Assembly (NCBI GenBank): GCA_051874735.1
Contig: JBJEGD010000031.1
Span: 130,681-194,680, forward strand
From: Candidatus Bruticola sp.
Lineage (GTDB): Bacteria; Vulcanimicrobiota; Xenobia; Xenobiales; Xenobiaceae
Direction: 5' to 3'
DNA: 64,000 nucleotides
This document shows positions 1 through 9,676 of this stretch, piece after piece (the stretch's first letter is position 1; each line of letters opens with the position of its first letter). The notes under the pieces are model-generated. The model was not told where the DNA came from. It made no database searches and saw nothing but the letters and a program-made list of their open reading frames with translations. The position numbers and the translations under genes were made by a program.

Positions 1-2
1 GG

Positions 3-269
3 TTGGTAGTTACTTTGAATGAAGACTCTAAAGTTACTAACAACAATGACAAGCAAGTTGCCTTTACCAGAGGTAACAGCACGATGAGTTTTATCGTTTC
101 TCATCCAAAATCTACTAACAGTAGCGGTGGCACTGTCGACCCGCTTTATTACACCACTTATAATAGAAATTTGTTTAATATCAAATTTACTACTCTGGTG
201 GCTAAAAGAACGGGCAAGGCTACTGAAATTAAATTTGAAACTCAGGTCCGCCTTCAGGCCGGAAATTAG
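3..269 (+). CDS. C-terminal fragment of a probable minor pilin / PilW-like protein (runs in from the window edge)
   Basis: ORF open at the left edge; ends KFETQVRLQAGN, resembling pseudopilin C-termini; lies directly upstream of a PilX-like gene. Confidence 0.4.
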   Translation: MVVTLNEDSKVTNNNDKQVAFTRGNSTMSFIVSHPKSTNSSGGTVDPLYYTTYNRNLFNIKFTTLVAKRTGKATEIKFETQVRLQAGN

Positions 270-287
270 AAAGGAGAGTAGTGGTAT

Positions 288-2672
288 ATGAACGTCACCC
301 GAAGAATGAGAGTCAAGAAGGGCGTGGCCCTTATCTTTGCCCTCTTTACTATCGCTATTTTATTCTCTATAAGCACTACAGTGGTGGCCCTGTCTCTCAA
401 CGACAGCAGAACGACCAGAACGGTTAACTATAACGACGCCGCGCTACATGCTGCTAACTGGGGTATAGAGGCCGCTATCAATTATATGGGGCAGCCCGGC
501 ATAGGGTTCGCTAAAACTAGGAGTCAGTGGGTCAATACCTCTAGCTTTGGCAACTTTTTAGTTGAAGGCCGCCATTTGGTATGCATTTCTGGCAGAAATG
601 CTTCCTTAAATGATCAGGTTGACGTAAGAGTGACTTCTCTCGATTCTAACACTCTCAAAAATACCTACGGCTTATCCTACGATACTAATACTAAATTGGG
701 TGAAGATTATTGGAAAAGTAATTATACTGGCACCGATAATTCTACGGCCAACTTGCGCTCCGGCAGCGATAGCCGCCTTATTCGTTTTATAACTAAGAAT
801 GGTAGCAGTAATTATCGCTTAGATTATGGCGGCGGCGTCAATTACGCCGAAGTTGAGGTCGTTTGTACTGAATTTCGCTATCCTACTAGCAATCAGCCCA
901 GTCAGTATCAGTTGTTGTCTGTAGCTAAAGTTTATGCTAACGACAATAAAACTACAGGTAGCAACAGAGTTCCTTTGGCCACTAGAGTTGTGGAAGCTCG
1001 TGTGCGTGAGAGCGTAGCTTGCGACTTCATGCATTTCATTCAGAATGCCCGCTCTTGGGACGCCACCGGCGTCAACTTAGGAGACAAAACTAAGACTGGT
1101 TCCGATGACGGTGTGGAAATTGCTAGAACAGCCGTATTCTTGCCTGAAGATTATTTAGAAGCTGGACGTCTGCGCGTTGATGGTTACGGCAGCAACGATC
1201 CGGAAAAAAACCGAGTCAAAAAGTATTTGAATGAACGCGGACTCGATGGCAAGTTGGGGTTCTTCTCTCCCAGTAATTTCCGGGAAACTAACTATATTTT
1301 CCAAGGTGATGTAACTACTGCCAGAAGCAGTGCTAATTACGAGTACAAAAATAGTAAGGGCGGACGTACTTACACTTTTAATCAGGGTAATAAAGATACT
1401 GGAAGGATATTTAGTGGAACTTTGCGTGACGGTGTGCCTTCACTCGGTCTTCCTCAGGTAAATAGTTATTTTGATGACGTAAATACCAAGGTTAGAAATA
1501 CTAGCGGCGGTACGAAATTATCTTATACTGTGGCTAATAACAGTACTTGGGCTAATAAGCGCAGCGACTGTAATGCTCCTAAAACAGCTGGCGTCTGCCC
1601 TGATATTGCCCAAGCTCCGAAATCAGGTCTCAAAGATATAAACGGAAAAGATATTCCTTCAGCTACGCCTACTTTCGCTACTGTGCGTGTCGAAATTAAG
1701 GGCGATGAAGTCAGAGTTGTTAAATATAATTCAGCTGTAACTGACACTTCCGGCAATATCGATTCCCGATATGTAGAAACTCTTACTAATAGACCGGTTA
1801 AAATTAGCAATATTAATAATGGCGTTATTAGTGTTACCGGTGGTAATGTTGAAGTTGTCAATGTAGATACTTTTGCTAATACTGGTCTCAGCACAAATTA
1901 CATAAAGAGCACTACTGTGAACAATGCTATGCTCGATGGTTCATTGACTATTCTGGCCAATGTCGATGAGGCTCGCGATATTAGCTTAAACAACTCCGAC
2001 GCTTCACCCTCTGAAAAACAGTCTGGTGGTTCTGTTCTTTACAGTGATGCTGCTAGAACTTATTACGAGAAAGATCCCTACGAACATGTGCCGCCTTTCA
2101 GTCAGAAGGATTTAAAAATTGGCAATTCTACCGTCAAGAGCATTTGGCCCACTCCTGCCAACAGTTCCATTGAGCGTGAAGGTAATGTCATGATAGCTAG
2201 TGATATTGCCTATCAACCCGGTTCTTCTTCTAGCCTGGGTGTGGTCGCTAAAAATTACATTTTGCTCAACGACAAATCTCTTGGAGTCAAATCTACTCAG
2301 GCTAAGAAAGATCAGCTGCGCGTAGATGCCGTACTTATGAGTATGGATCACTCCGTGCAGTTCGACTGGAACAATATGGCTGCTAACAGTAAGGCTAATT
2401 ACAACTACTTGATAGCCGATCGTACTTTAAAACGTGCCAGTCAGCGTACCTTTAAGTTAAACGGAGCTATCGTTAGCAGTTTCCTCGACGTCGAAGGCGA
2501 TACTAACGGACGCGGTTATTACACGCAAAATTTCAACCACGACGAAAACTTGCGCTATAACCTGCCTCCTCTCTTCCCTAGATGGGATATCAGCAACTTC
2601 GCTAAAAATGGCATTTTCGGCGAGTGGATGATCACCGCTTATGAAGATAAGGGTGCCATTAGAGACATCTAA
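288..2672 (+). CDS. PilX/GspK-like type IV pilus minor pilin or adhesin, Asn/Thr-rich
   Basis: Prepilin-like leader KKG|VALIFALFTIAIL lacking Glu5, followed by ALHAANWGIEAA (PilX N-terminal pattern); C-terminal DENLRYNLPPLFP; SD GGAG upstream. Confidence 0.7.
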   Translation: MNVTRRMRVKKGVALIFALFTIAILFSISTTVVALSLNDSRTTRTVNYNDAALHAANWGIEAAINYMGQPGIGFAKTRSQWVNTSSFGNFLVEGRHLVCISGRNASLNDQVDVRVTSLDSNTLKNTYGLSYDTNTKLGEDYWKSNYTGTDNSTANLRSGSDSRLIRFITKNGSSNYRLDYGGGVNYAEVEVVCTEFRYPTSNQPSQYQLLSVAKVYANDNKTTGSNRVPLATRVVEARVRESVACDFMHFIQNARSWDATGVNLGDKTKTGSDDGVEIARTAVFLPEDYLEAGRLRVDGYGSNDPEKNRVKKYLNERGLDGKLGFFSPSNFRETNYIFQGDVTTARSSANYEYKNSKGGRTYTFNQGNKDTGRIFSGTLRDGVPSLGLPQVNSYFDDVNTKVRNTSGGTKLSYTVANNSTWANKRSDCNAPKTAGVCPDIAQAPKSGLKDINGKDIPSATPTFATVRVEIKGDEVRVVKYNSAVTDTSGNIDSRYVETLTNRPVKISNINNGVISVTGGNVEVVNVDTFANTGLSTNYIKSTTVNNAMLDGSLTILANVDEARDISLNNSDASPSEKQSGGSVLYSDAARTYYEKDPYEHVPPFSQKDLKIGNSTVKSIWPTPANSSIEREGNVMIASDIAYQPGSSSSLGVVAKNYILLNDKSLGVKSTQAKKDQLRVDAVLMSMDHSVQFDWNNMAANSKANYNYLIADRTLKRASQRTFKLNGAIVSSFLDVEGDTNGRGYYTQNFNHDENLRYNLPPLFPRWDISNFAKNGIFGEWMITAYEDKGAIRDI

Positions 2673-2718
2673 AACTACTTAAATCAGCTCAGCTTTTTTA
2701 GAAGTAGAGTTGTTGGGC

Positions 2719-2759
2719 AGGCCGCTTGTGCTGTAGGGCAGGGGCGGTCTTTTTTTTTT
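2719..2759 (+). terminator. Intrinsic terminator after the pilin locus
   Basis: AGGCCGC...GCGGTCT stem followed by a long T run. Confidence 0.6.
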
Positions 2760-2804
2760 CGAAGTTTTTCTACACCAAGTTGTTTTTGTAAAGGTAAAAA
2801 AACT

Positions 2805-4619
2805 ATGACGAATTGCGGTTTTGATAATTGGGATTTGCAGCCGTTTTTTAGCGGACCTGATCAAGAAGATTATTTAGCTTATTTTTTGTCAGTTAAAGAA
2901 GATATATTATCAATTCTCAGTAAGCCTGAAAATAAACTTAGTTTGGAAGATTTGGGCGCATTTATTGTTGAATTTGAAAACTTGCAAGCTAGATTGCAGC
3001 ATTTAATCTGTTATATAGAATGTGTGCGCTCAGAAAATATTGCTGATGAAGTAAGTGCTCAGGCCCAGAACAGCCTCGATGAATTATCTGCTCAAAGCCG
3101 TTTGGTCGAAGTGCGCCTTTTAGCCCAGCTGCGCCAGCTAAACAAATGCGAATTTTCCCAATTGCGTCGAGATATCCGCTTGAGCGGAGCTGAGTATCAG
3201 TTAGATAGGTTGCGTTACAGAGCTATACACAGCATGGATGCTGCTTTGGAAAGCTTGGCGGCTGAACTGAATTTAACAGGTTTCCGGGCTTGGGAAAATC
3301 TTTATGAAAATATTGCCGGTTCGCTTAATTTTACCATTACTGATAGTTGCGGAAAAAAGCGCTTAGTACCTATGAGTTTAAAAGTCAGCTTGATGGAAGA
3401 TCCTGATCGTCAAGTGAGAACTAGCACTTTAAAAGAATCAAATAAAGCTTGGGCGAGTTCTGCTTATGCTGTCAGCGCTGCTTTAAATAATATAGCTGGA
3501 TGCCGCCTTAAGCTGCAGCAGAAACGTCAATGCGGTCACTTTCTCGATGAAGCCTCCTTTGAAGCTGGCTTGCAGCGCAGCACTTTGGACAAAATGATAG
3601 ATACGGTTTTGCAGCATATTGAACTGCCGCGCCGTTATCTGCTTTTAAAAGCCAAGCTGTTAGGTTTAAATAAGCTAGGATTTCAAGATTTGGGCGCACC
3701 AGTAAATTTTGCTGCCTATACGCATGAAGCAGAAAGTGCGGCTGCTAAAGTTTATACTTGGAGCGAAGCGGGACAAATCATTATAGAGGCATTTAACCGC
3801 TTCGATCCGGCTTTCGGTAGCTTCGCTAAGCAAGCTTTAGATAATCATTGGGTAGAATCTGAAGTGCGCGAAGGTAAACGTCCGGGCGGTTTCTGCACTT
3901 CCTCCACACTGTTGGGACAATCGCGTATTTTTATGACGTTCCAAGGTAATTTGGGCGATGTTTTTACTTTAGCTCATGAGCTGGGCCACGCTTACCACGA
4001 GCACCTAATGGCGGGACTGCGTCCATGTGCTCATAATTACCCCATGACTTTAGCAGAAACGGCTTCCACTTTCGCTGAAGCTTTACTCAGCGATTATTTA
4101 ATTTCTCAGCCTTCTATGAGCCGCTTGGATAAACTCAGCATGTACCAACGGTGCCTCGATGATGCTGCCACTTACCTCTTGAATATAGTGATGCGTTTTC
4201 TATTTGAACGATCATTCTATGAACAGCGAGCCCATAAGATTCTGTCTGCTGATGAATTGTGTCGCCTTATGGAAGAGACTCAAAAAGCTGTTTACGGCGA
4301 AGCCTTAAATACAAATGAGCTTGATCCTTGGTTTTGGGCTTCTAAAGGCCATTTTTACATTACGGATATCAGTTTTTATAATTTCCCTTACATTTTTGGC
4401 TACTTATTTAGTATGGGAATTTATGCTCAGGCTCTGCAGCAGGGCAGAGATTTCTTGCCCACTTTTGCTAAGTTGTTGCGCTTAACTGGCAGTGCTTCTT
4501 GTGAAGATACAGCTCGTTTGGCCTTAGGCGTCGATTTGGATAGCAGTAGCTTCTGGGAAGGTTCTTTAAGCCTAATAGAGCGCGATTTTGCGGCATTTGA
4601 ACTACTACTGAATGCATGA
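2805..4619 (+). CDS. pepF: M3B family oligoendopeptidase F
   Basis: GKRPGGFC, TLAHELGHAYH zinc motif, LAETASTFAE, FYNFPYIFG. Confidence 0.88.
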   Translation: MTNCGFDNWDLQPFFSGPDQEDYLAYFLSVKEDILSILSKPENKLSLEDLGAFIVEFENLQARLQHLICYIECVRSENIADEVSAQAQNSLDELSAQSRLVEVRLLAQLRQLNKCEFSQLRRDIRLSGAEYQLDRLRYRAIHSMDAALESLAAELNLTGFRAWENLYENIAGSLNFTITDSCGKKRLVPMSLKVSLMEDPDRQVRTSTLKESNKAWASSAYAVSAALNNIAGCRLKLQQKRQCGHFLDEASFEAGLQRSTLDKMIDTVLQHIELPRRYLLLKAKLLGLNKLGFQDLGAPVNFAAYTHEAESAAAKVYTWSEAGQIIIEAFNRFDPAFGSFAKQALDNHWVESEVREGKRPGGFCTSSTLLGQSRIFMTFQGNLGDVFTLAHELGHAYHEHLMAGLRPCAHNYPMTLAETASTFAEALLSDYLISQPSMSRLDKLSMYQRCLDDAATYLLNIVMRFLFERSFYEQRAHKILSADELCRLMEETQKAVYGEALNTNELDPWFWASKGHFYITDISFYNFPYIFGYLFSMGIYAQALQQGRDFLPTFAKLLRLTGSASCEDTARLALGVDLDSSSFWEGSLSLIERDFAAFELLLNA

Positions 4620-4717
4620 TAAAATGACAGTTCATAGGGTTAAATTATTGATTAAGTAATTGTGTCGGTGTCTTAAGACACTGGGACTAGGCGGCTCTTT
4701 AGTAAGCTGCCGGGGAG

Positions 4718-5929
4718 TTGAAAGTTTTGGATAAGAAACCTGTCACCATTTTAATTGTGGCCAGCTATTTCAAGGGCAATCGTTTTATTGAAGAGTGCTA
4801 TAAAGAAGGCTGCCGGTTGTATTTGCTTACTAAGCTCAGCCTCAAAGAAGAAGCTTGGGCCAGGCACTGCTTACAAGATGTGTTCTATATGACTGAATTT
4901 ACTAGTCGCGATGAAGTTATGCGAGCTGTGTCCTATTTGGCCCGTAATATAGTCTTCGATCGTATCATTCCTATGGATGATTACGATGTCGAGTTAGTGG
5001 CCTCTTTGCGCGAGCATCTGCGTATTCCCGGTATGGGAGATACTACAGCCCGTTATTTCCGTGACAAATTAGCTATGCGTGTGCAAGCTCGCGATGAACA
5101 TATTCGCTGCCCTCGTTTTGAACATGTTCTCAATTATGGCAAGTTAACCCAATTTATGAATGAGGTACCCGCTCCTTGGTTCTTAAAACCGCGCTCAGAA
5201 GCCGGAGCTGTGGGTATTAAAAAGATTACTTGTGCTCAGGAATTTTGGGATACTATTAATCAGTTGGGTGATGAGCAGAGTTACCGTCTTTTGGAAGAGT
5301 ATATACCTGGCTCAGTTTATCATGTCGATTCTATTGTTTGGGACAGTCAGATCGTTTTTTCTAATGTTTCCCGCTATGTGAAGCCGCCTTTTGATATTTG
5401 GAATTTCGGTGGTGTTTTCTGCACTAGGACTCTGCCCCAGGGCTTTGAAGAAGAGCCGGAAGTGGCCGATATGAACCGGCGCTTAGTGAAGGCTATGAAA
5501 ATAGTGAGGGGAGTAACCCACGCTGAATTTATCCGTTCTTCCAAAGATGGCCAGGTTTACTTTTTAGAAGTAGCAGCTCGTGTAGGCGGAGCTAGCATAG
5601 ATATGATGGTGGAAGCAGCCACAGGTATTAATTTATGGCAAGAGTGGGCGCGTTTAGAAATCGCTTCTGCCCGTGGTGAGACTTATACTGTACCTGACCG
5701 ACGTTACGATAGCGCATCTTTGATGGTCTGTCTCTCCCGTCAGGCCAAACCTGACACCTCTGCTTATAATGATCCTGATATCTTCTGGCGCATGGATAAA
5801 GATCATCATGTCGGTTTAGTTATTAAAAATTCCAGTTTTAATCGTATAACCGATTTAACAAAATCTTATATGGAGCGTATGGCCCAGGATTATCTGGCGG
5901 TTGAACCTCCTAAGCAGACTAACGATTAG
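4718..5929 (+). CDS. ATP-grasp domain protein (carboxylate-amine ligase-like)
   Basis: FRDKLAMR, FLKPRSEAGAVG, LLEEYIPG, HAEF, FLEVAARVGG motifs. Confidence 0.8.
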   Translation: MKVLDKKPVTILIVASYFKGNRFIEECYKEGCRLYLLTKLSLKEEAWARHCLQDVFYMTEFTSRDEVMRAVSYLARNIVFDRIIPMDDYDVELVASLREHLRIPGMGDTTARYFRDKLAMRVQARDEHIRCPRFEHVLNYGKLTQFMNEVPAPWFLKPRSEAGAVGIKKITCAQEFWDTINQLGDEQSYRLLEEYIPGSVYHVDSIVWDSQIVFSNVSRYVKPPFDIWNFGGVFCTRTLPQGFEEEPEVADMNRRLVKAMKIVRGVTHAEFIRSSKDGQVYFLEVAARVGGASIDMMVEAATGINLWQEWARLEIASARGETYTVPDRRYDSASLMVCLSRQAKPDTSAYNDPDIFWRMDKDHHVGLVIKNSSFNRITDLTKSYMERMAQDYLAVEPPKQTND

Positions 5930-6035
5930 CTTGCTCGCTAACCGATTTCAACTTGGCCTGAGGTCAAGATGAAATCGGTTTTTAATTATAAGCAGATCTT
6001 AAACTACTCGAATACGTTTGGGTAAAGGATATAGC

Positions 6036-6893
6036 ATGCTGAGAAAAATTCGTTTTATTTTGGCGGCAATAATACTTATCGTCTTTTGTATTATGTTTGC
6101 TGGGGTGGGCCGATTAGCTGTATATTCAGCCTACTTGGCCAAGATTCAGCTAATTCCAGCTATACTTAGCTTAAGTTTAATTACCGTAGCATTATGGATA
6201 GCTGTAGCAGCTTTGGGAGGCCGCCTTTACTGTTCCCTAATTTGTCCTTTAGGGTTGCTGCAAGAAGTGTTTGCTCTTATCGGAGATAAATTTCGTATGC
6301 AGCCCAAATTTACTTATAGTCAGTCCTATCCGCGTCGGCGCTATGTTGTATTGATTATTTTCACTCTATGTTTATTTACAGGTTTGGGCGCTCTTTTTAC
6401 TTGGCTCGATCCTTACGCTCTATTTGGACGTATGGCTGCGAATGCATCAATGTTAATAAAAAACGCTCATATTTGGCTGAACTTTAAAATGGGGGCTATA
6501 GCTCCTAGGGCCGCCAAATATTATAGTATCGATTGGTTAAATTTTAGTCTGACTTTCGTTATTTTTATTCTAATTATGGGAGCTGCGGTTCTAAAAGGGC
6601 GCTGGTATTGCAATAATATTTGCCCTGTGGGCACTGCACTTGGTCTTATTAGCAGTCATTCTCTCTATAAAATAGATATAGATAAAACTAGTTGTGTTAA
6701 ATGTGGTCTGTGTGCTCGCAGTTGTCAAGTTGAATGCATCGATATTAAAAGTGGCGAAGTTGATAATAGCCGCTGCGTCAAATGTTTTAACTGTTTGAGC
6801 CTCTGTCATAAAAACGCTATAGCTTGGCGTATTCCGTCAAAGGGGAACGCTTTAGATAATAGCCAAGAGAATATCTCTAATCTTAGCAAATAG
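6036..6893 (+). CDS. NapH/MauN-like membrane 4Fe-4S binding protein (N-terminal half of a polyferredoxin)
   Basis: TM helices; GRLYCSLICPLG and GRWYCNNICPVG; CxxCxxCxxxC and CxxCxxCxxxCH motifs; ATG 6036 has SD AAGGA. Confidence 0.8.
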   Translation: MLRKIRFILAAIILIVFCIMFAGVGRLAVYSAYLAKIQLIPAILSLSLITVALWIAVAALGGRLYCSLICPLGLLQEVFALIGDKFRMQPKFTYSQSYPRRRYVVLIIFTLCLFTGLGALFTWLDPYALFGRMAANASMLIKNAHIWLNFKMGAIAPRAAKYYSIDWLNFSLTFVIFILIMGAAVLKGRWYCNNICPVGTALGLISSHSLYKIDIDKTSCVKCGLCARSCQVECIDIKSGEVDNSRCVKCFNCLSLCHKNAIAWRIPSKGNALDNSQENISNLSK

Positions 6894-6896
6894 GAT

Positions 6897-7673
6897 ATGA
6901 AAATGAGCGAAAACACTGAAAAAAAATTATTTAACGATCATAATAATTTGAGCTCTTCTTCAGCAATGTTCTATGGTAAGGCAAGAGAAGAAAATCAGAT
7001 GACTAGGCGCTCTTTTTGTTCTCTTTTAGGTGTTGGTCTAGCAGCTATAGGCGGTTTGGGTGGTTTCCTAACTTGCACTGAATCTGCTTCTGCTGCTTCT
7101 GAGGTTGGGAGTAAAAAAGAACGTCCAGCTAAAGTGGATCCTGAGAGAGAAAATTATGTGCTGCCTTGTGGTTCACAAAGTTATGAACATTTTCACAAAC
7201 ATTGCGTAGGGTGCATGCTGTGTGTCAGCAACTGTCCTAACCGGGTTCTCAATGTTAAGGCTGGCCATAAAATTATAGATTCTAATTACGGATTGTTGAA
7301 CGTTAATCAGCCTGCTATGTCTTTTGCTTCAGGTTACTGCAGTCCGGAGTGTAATAAATGCTCAATGATTTGTCCTGCTGGAGCTATTATGCCCGTCTCA
7401 TTGGCGGATAAAGGGCAGATCTCGATAGGACTGGCGGCTTGGCAAGCAGATAAATGCCGTTTAAGTTTTGGAAAACGGTGTGGAGCCTGCGTGCGGGTAT
7501 GTCCTCAAGAAGCTATAAAGATTGTGACTAAACCGGGAACTGATATTAAGCAACTTGTTGTCGATCCTGATCTATGTATTGGCTGTGGAGCTTGTGAAAA
7601 TATCTGTCCGGCTCGGCCGCTACCTGCTATAGTGATAAACGGCTTGAAAACTCATAAACGGAAAAATTCTTAA
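6897..7673 (+). CDS. NapG/MauM-like multi-4Fe-4S ferredoxin (C-terminal half of a polyferredoxin)
   Basis: TRRSF plus hydrophobic stretch; four Cys clusters such as CVGCMLCVSNCP and CIGCGACENICP; same frame as the upstream gene. Confidence 0.8.
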   Translation: MKMSENTEKKLFNDHNNLSSSSAMFYGKAREENQMTRRSFCSLLGVGLAAIGGLGGFLTCTESASAASEVGSKKERPAKVDPERENYVLPCGSQSYEHFHKHCVGCMLCVSNCPNRVLNVKAGHKIIDSNYGLLNVNQPAMSFASGYCSPECNKCSMICPAGAIMPVSLADKGQISIGLAAWQADKCRLSFGKRCGACVRVCPQEAIKIVTKPGTDIKQLVVDPDLCIGCGACENICPARPLPAIVINGLKTHKRKNS

Positions 7674-7694
7674 ACTTATAAGTTGAGCTAGGTT

Positions 7695-7743
7695 AAAAGC
7701 CCGCCGGTAATCTGATAAACAGCTGTCCAGCGGGCTTTTTTTT
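7695..7743. terminator. Bidirectional intrinsic terminator
   Basis: AAAAGCCCGC...GCGGGCTTTTTTT between convergent genes. Confidence 0.7.
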
Positions 7744-7785
7744 GTTTAGCAGCATATTAAATTGTGTTTTAAGTAGCTGCTCATG

Positions 7786-8472
7786 TTATTCTCTTTCCTC
7801 AAGTAGTTCATTATAGCGATGAGGAAGTTCCAGAAGGCTATTTAACTTCAGATCGGCAGCCGCAAATTTTTTGTTATGGCGCATAGCCGGCTCAGGAATA
7901 GCTACGCAAGTCATTTTAGCCGCTTTAGCAGCAAATACGCCGTTAATAGAATCTTCTATAGCCAAACAGTCCACAGGATCTATTCCTAAGGCTTGAGCTG
8001 TATGGATATAAACGGCCGGATGAGGCTTGCCATAAGTTTCCTTTTCAGCAGAGCAGATGACAGAAAAAATATTTCGCAGTGACAAAGCTTCTAAAACGGC
8101 ATTGATAAGCATATAAGATGAAGAAGAAGCTAGAGCTAAGCGCAGTTTACGGTCTTGCAGAAAACTTATAGCTTCCATTACTCCCGGAAGTTTAGTGCCT
8201 TTTTCTTGTACTAGCTCAGCTACACGATATTGAATTTGCGCAGCTATGTCTGTACAGCTGGGATGAGACCAAGGATGCTGATGATGACGATAACGAACTA
8301 GCTCATCAATACGCACTCCCATAGTTTCCATACAGTCTTCTTCACTTAAATTTAATCCGACTGAGGCAAAAATTTCTCTCTCAGCTTGACGCCAGAAAGG
8401 TTCGGAGTCTAGTAAGACTCCGTCCATATCAAAAATACAAGCTGTGAACGGTTTAGACAAAGTAGTAGACAT
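7786..8472 (-). CDS. hxpB: HAD-family hexitol/2-deoxyglucose-6-phosphate phosphatase (HxpB/YniC-like)
   Basis: IFDMDGVLLDSEPFW, LASSS, GKPHPAVY, IEDSING. Confidence 0.78.
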   Translation of the reverse strand: MSTTLSKPFTACIFDMDGVLLDSEPFWRQAEREIFASVGLNLSEEDCMETMGVRIDELVRYRHHQHPWSHPSCTDIAAQIQYRVAELVQEKGTKLPGVMEAISFLQDRKLRLALASSSSYMLINAVLEALSLRNIFSVICSAEKETYGKPHPAVYIHTAQALGIDPVDCLAIEDSINGVFAAKAAKMTCVAIPEPAMRHNKKFAAADLKLNSLLELPHRYNELLEERE

Positions 8473-8535
8473 AACGACTCGCACTTTCGCTGATGGAAGC
8501 AAACTTCCCCTGTAACCAATAAACAGGGGGAATAT

Positions 8536-8565
8536 TTGCCTTTTTTTATTACGTAGATCTATAAT
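8536..8565 (+). promoter_or_regulatory. Putative sigma70 promoter of the DMT gene
   Basis: TTGCCT-N18-TATAAT. Confidence 0.5.
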
Positions 8566-8620
8566 GTGGGCCGACTTTGTGCTCTGTCTATTCTTGTGTA
8601 TGACGTAAATTTAGCTATCG

Positions 8621-9592
8621 TTGAAGATAATCAGTTTAATTAAAAATATTCCGTTATTGTTTATGTTAGAACATGAATTTAACCGAAACAGTTCCGCTGC
8701 CAATAGTTTAGTAAAGGGCAGTTTTTGGAATCAGCGCACGGCTGATTTAGTTATGATCTGCATTGCTATGGCTTGGGGAACGTCGTATTTATTTATGAAA
8801 CTGGGCCTGGAAGTAATGCCACCTTTAAGTGTACTAGCTGTGCGTTTTTGGATCGCCTTTGCCGTTGTTTCCGCCATTTTCTTTAAGCATTTGCAGTGCA
8901 GTTGGACAATTATTGGTGGCGGTGCTCTGCTAGGTTTATTTACTTACGCTATGTGTGCTCTGTTAATTTTAGGTTTAAAGACTACTACAGCTTCTAATGC
9001 TGGTTTCTTAACTAGTACTGCAGTAGTTATGGTGCCTATTTTACACGCTTTGCTTACTAAGAGATGGCCCAATATCTCTGTAATTGCTGGCACCGTTTGT
9101 ACAGCTGCGGGTATCGGCCTGCTCACGCTTCAGAAGTCTTTGGTTTTTTATGAAGGCGATATACTTTGTTTTTTAGGGGCTATAGTTTACGCTTTCTATA
9201 TTATTTTGACTGATAAACTGAGCAAAGGGAATGATGGTTTACAGTTAGGTATTTGGCAACTTGGCTTTGCGGCACTCTACTCTTCTGTAAGCGCTATGCT
9301 CTTTGAAATTCCATCCTTGCCTTCCAATGTGTTAGGTTGGACAGCTGTTTTAGGGTTATCTTTAATAGGCAGTGCTTTTGCCTTTGTGGCTCAGCCTATA
9401 GCGCAAAAGTATACTACGCCAGAGCATACAGGAGTGCTTTTCTCATTAGAGCCAGTATTCGCTGCTCTTTTTGCCTTCATTTTTTTGCATGAAACTATAT
9501 CTGGGCGTGGATGTCTAGGAGTTGTATTTGTTCTCATTGGTATTGTGATTGTCTCGCTAACGTCTAAAGGGGCCCAAGAAAAAATATGTTAA
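8621..9592 (+). CDS. DMT/EamA family transporter
   Basis: About 10 TM helices; WGTSY, TTASNAGFL, LFSLEPVFA; alternative start ATG 8663. Confidence 0.85.
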   Translation: MKIISLIKNIPLLFMLEHEFNRNSSAANSLVKGSFWNQRTADLVMICIAMAWGTSYLFMKLGLEVMPPLSVLAVRFWIAFAVVSAIFFKHLQCSWTIIGGGALLGLFTYAMCALLILGLKTTTASNAGFLTSTAVVMVPILHALLTKRWPNISVIAGTVCTAAGIGLLTLQKSLVFYEGDILCFLGAIVYAFYIILTDKLSKGNDGLQLGIWQLGFAALYSSVSAMLFEIPSLPSNVLGWTAVLGLSLIGSAFAFVAQPIAQKYTTPEHTGVLFSLEPVFAALFAFIFLHETISGRGCLGVVFVLIGIVIVSLTSKGAQEKIC

Positions 9593-9595
9593 AAT

Positions 9596-9640
9596 AAAAA
9601 AGCACTTGCCGTTTTTAATAGACGATTAAGTGCTTTTTTT
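9596..9640. terminator. Bidirectional intrinsic terminator
   Basis: AAAAAAGCACTT...AAGTGCTTTTTTT between convergent genes. Confidence 0.65.
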
Positions 9641-9676
9641 ATAATTTTTCAGCTTCTTAAAAGCCGATTATAAATA

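Noticed and set aside
6891-6893. Genome-wide TAG recoding
   Set aside because: rpsF, ssb, rplI and pfaD end at TAG at their expected C-termini, so TAG is a normal stop
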